From: an uncultured Paraburkholderia sp. | GTDB lineage: Bacteria > Pseudomonadota > Gammaproteobacteria > Burkholderiales > Burkholderiaceae | Reading direction: 5' to 3' | Assembly (NCBI GenBank): GCA_940746715.1 | Contig: CALNWN010000006.1 | Location: 210,922-274,921 of the forward strand | DNA length: 64,000 bases | In this document: piece after piece, positions 61,836-64,000 of the stretch | Numbering within the stretch: position 1 is the first letter of the stretch | Layout of the letters: each line of letters opens with the position of its first letter | The notes under the pieces: generated by a model | Databases searched by the model: none | What the model saw: only the letters and a program-made list of their open reading frames with translations | Told to the model about the DNA's origin: nothing | Made by a program: the position numbers and the translations under genes

Positions 61836-62949
61836 ATGAAAACGGACGAAGTGATCGTCAGCTTTCGAGGCGTGCGCAAGACGTACGACGGCGAAACGCT
61901 GGTCGTCAAGCAACTGGATCTGGACATCTATCAGGGCGAATTCCTGACGCTGCTCGGGCCGTCGGGTTCCGGCAAGACCACCTGCCTGATGATGCTGGCC
62001 GGTTTCGAATTTCCCACTGGCGGCGAGATCTGGCTCGACGGCACGCTGCTCAATACCGTGCCGCCGCACAAGCGCAACATCGGCATGGTGTTTCAGAACT
62101 ACGCGCTGTTCCCGCATCTCACGGTCGAGCAGAACGTCGCGTATCCGCTGACGGTGCGCAAGGTCTCCGCCGAAGAGCGCGCGCATCGCACCAACAATGC
62201 ATTGAAGATGGTGCGCATGGAGAGCTTCGCGAAGCGTTATCCGGCGCAGCTGTCGGGCGGCCAGCAGCAGCGCATTGCGCTCGCGCGGGCGCTCGTGTTC
62301 GAGCCGAAGCTCGTGTTGATGGACGAGCCGCTCGGCGCGCTCGACAAGCAGTTGCGCGAACACATGCAATACGAACTGAAGTCGCTGCACGAGAAGCTCG
62401 GCGTGACCTTTGTCTACGTCACGCACGATCAGGGCGAGGCGCTGACCATGTCGGACCGCGTTGCCGTCTTCGACAAGGGCATCGTGCAGCAGCTCGATAC
62501 CGTGGACAGTCTGTACGAATCGCCTTGCAACGAGTTCGTGGCGAACTTCATCGGCGACAGTAACAAGCTGCGCGGCACGATCGCGAATGTGAACGGCGAG
62601 TATTGCGAGTTTCATCTGGCCGACGGCACGCGGCTGACCGGCCGCAACATCGGCGGCGCGCGGGCGGGAACGCCGGCCATTGCCTGTATCCGGCCGGAAC
62701 GCATGAAGCTCGCGACGGGCGCCAACGGCAACGGCGCGGCACGGCCGGGCGCCAATGCACTGGCCGGCGAGGCGCGCGGGCTCATCTATTTCGGCGATCA
62801 CGTGCGCATGCGCTGCGGTTTTGCCGCAGCAGGACGAGTGCTTCGTCAAGGTGCCGCTCGGCACGGACGCGCTCGCATCTTTCGCGCCTGGCGCGCCGGT
62901 GGCGCTCGAGTTCGCGCCCGAGCATCTGCGGGTATTCGCGGGGGCGTGA
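61836..62949 (+). pseudogene. Polyamine/GABA-type ABC ATPase (PotA-like), late frameshift near 62820
   Basis: GPSGSGKTT, LSGGQQQR, LMDEPLGALD. Confidence 0.88.
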
Positions 62950-63052
62950 CGGCGCAAAACGCGCGCATGATTGCAGGGGCCGGAGCAGTAAGCAGCACAT
63001 AACAACTCGCATGACTGATGCTTGAAACCACCACCAAGGAGAGCAACACACC

Positions 63053-64000
63053 ATGAGCAAGATCGGGAAATCGCGCTGCGCCATCGCTGTCGGTGCTGTG
63101 GCGCTCGCGCTGGGCGCGGCGCAGGTCAATGCAGCCGAACTGACGGTCGTAAACTTCGGCGGCGCCAACGGGGACGCGCAAAAGGCCGCCTTCGACCAGC
63201 CGTTCGAGTCGCAAAGCGGCAACAAGGTGACGGCGGTGGAATACAACGGCGAGCAGGCCAAGGTCAAGGCGATGGTCGAGGCCAAGCATGTGAACTGGGA
63301 CGTGGTGGAAGTGGAGTCGGGCGACATTGGCCGTGGCTGCGACGAAGGGCTGTATGAAAAGCTCGACTGGTCGAAGATCGCCAAGAAGTCGGACCTGATT
63401 CCCGAGGCGCCGCAAACTTGCGACGTGGGCTTTTTCGTGTGGTCGACGGCGCTTGCGTATAACGCCGACAAGCTGAAAACCGCGCCGTCCGGCTGGGCCG
63501 ATTTCTGGGACGTCAAGAAGATTCCGGGCAAGCGTGCGATGCGCAAGGGCGCGCGCTACAACCTCGAGTTCGCGCTGATGGCCGACGGCGTCGCGCCGAA
63601 AGACGTCTACAAGGTGCTGGCGACGAAGGAAGGCCAGGACCGTGCGTTCAAGAAGCTCGACGAGCTGAAGCCGAACATTCAGTGGTGGGAAGCGGGCGCG
63701 CAGCCGCCGCAGTTCCTCGTGGCGGGCGACGTGGTGATCGACGGTTTATAACGGCCGCATCGACGCCGCGCAAAAGGAAGGCAAGAACCTGAAGGTCGTG
63801 TGGAACGGCAGCATTTACGACCTCGACTATTGGGCGATTCCGAAGGGCTCGCCGAACAAGGCGCTAGCTGAGAAGTACATCGCTTATACGCTTTCGTCGA
63901 AGCCGCAGCAGGACTACGCGCATCACATCGCTTATGGCCCGGTGAATGTGGCGGCGATCAAGGCGCTCGACGCGAAGACGCTGGCCAATCTGCCGAACTC
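63053..64000 (+). pseudogene. PotD/PotF-like ABC substrate-binding protein, frameshift near 63740; runs off window end
   Basis: Signal peptide, NWDVVEVE, LEFALMADGV, YNGRI in a shifted frame. Confidence 0.85.

Overview
GC-rich (roughly 65%) Burkholderiaceae-type DNA, with gene content and codon style resembling Paraburkholderia/Caballeronia (inference). It is made up almost entirely of accessory metabolic, transport and regulatory genes. The dominant signal is massive gene decay. By manual tally about two-thirds of ~56 recognisable genes carry in-frame nonsense codons, 1-2 bp indels, short tandem duplications or larger deletions. Several of those deletions splice unrelated genes together (acrB::oprM, DedA-rhodanese::trxB-like, Pat::amidohydrolase, DUF1214::DUF748). 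I found no transposase, rRNA, tRNA or CRISPR array. This resembles an eroding, recently host-restricted symbiont genome, although assembly error could explain some of the 1-bp indels. Against this background a few loci stay intact and are candidates for retained function: H-NS; a fae-paralog / aldo-keto reductase / gabD operon with no H4MPT genes nearby; copA with a textbook CueR-type promoter; an AGE epimerase; a cold-shock protein; RidA. An unexplained ~68-bp direct repeat with paired inverted DnaA-box-like motifs lies at 9619-9870. All protein family calls come from motif recognition by eye; no database search was run.
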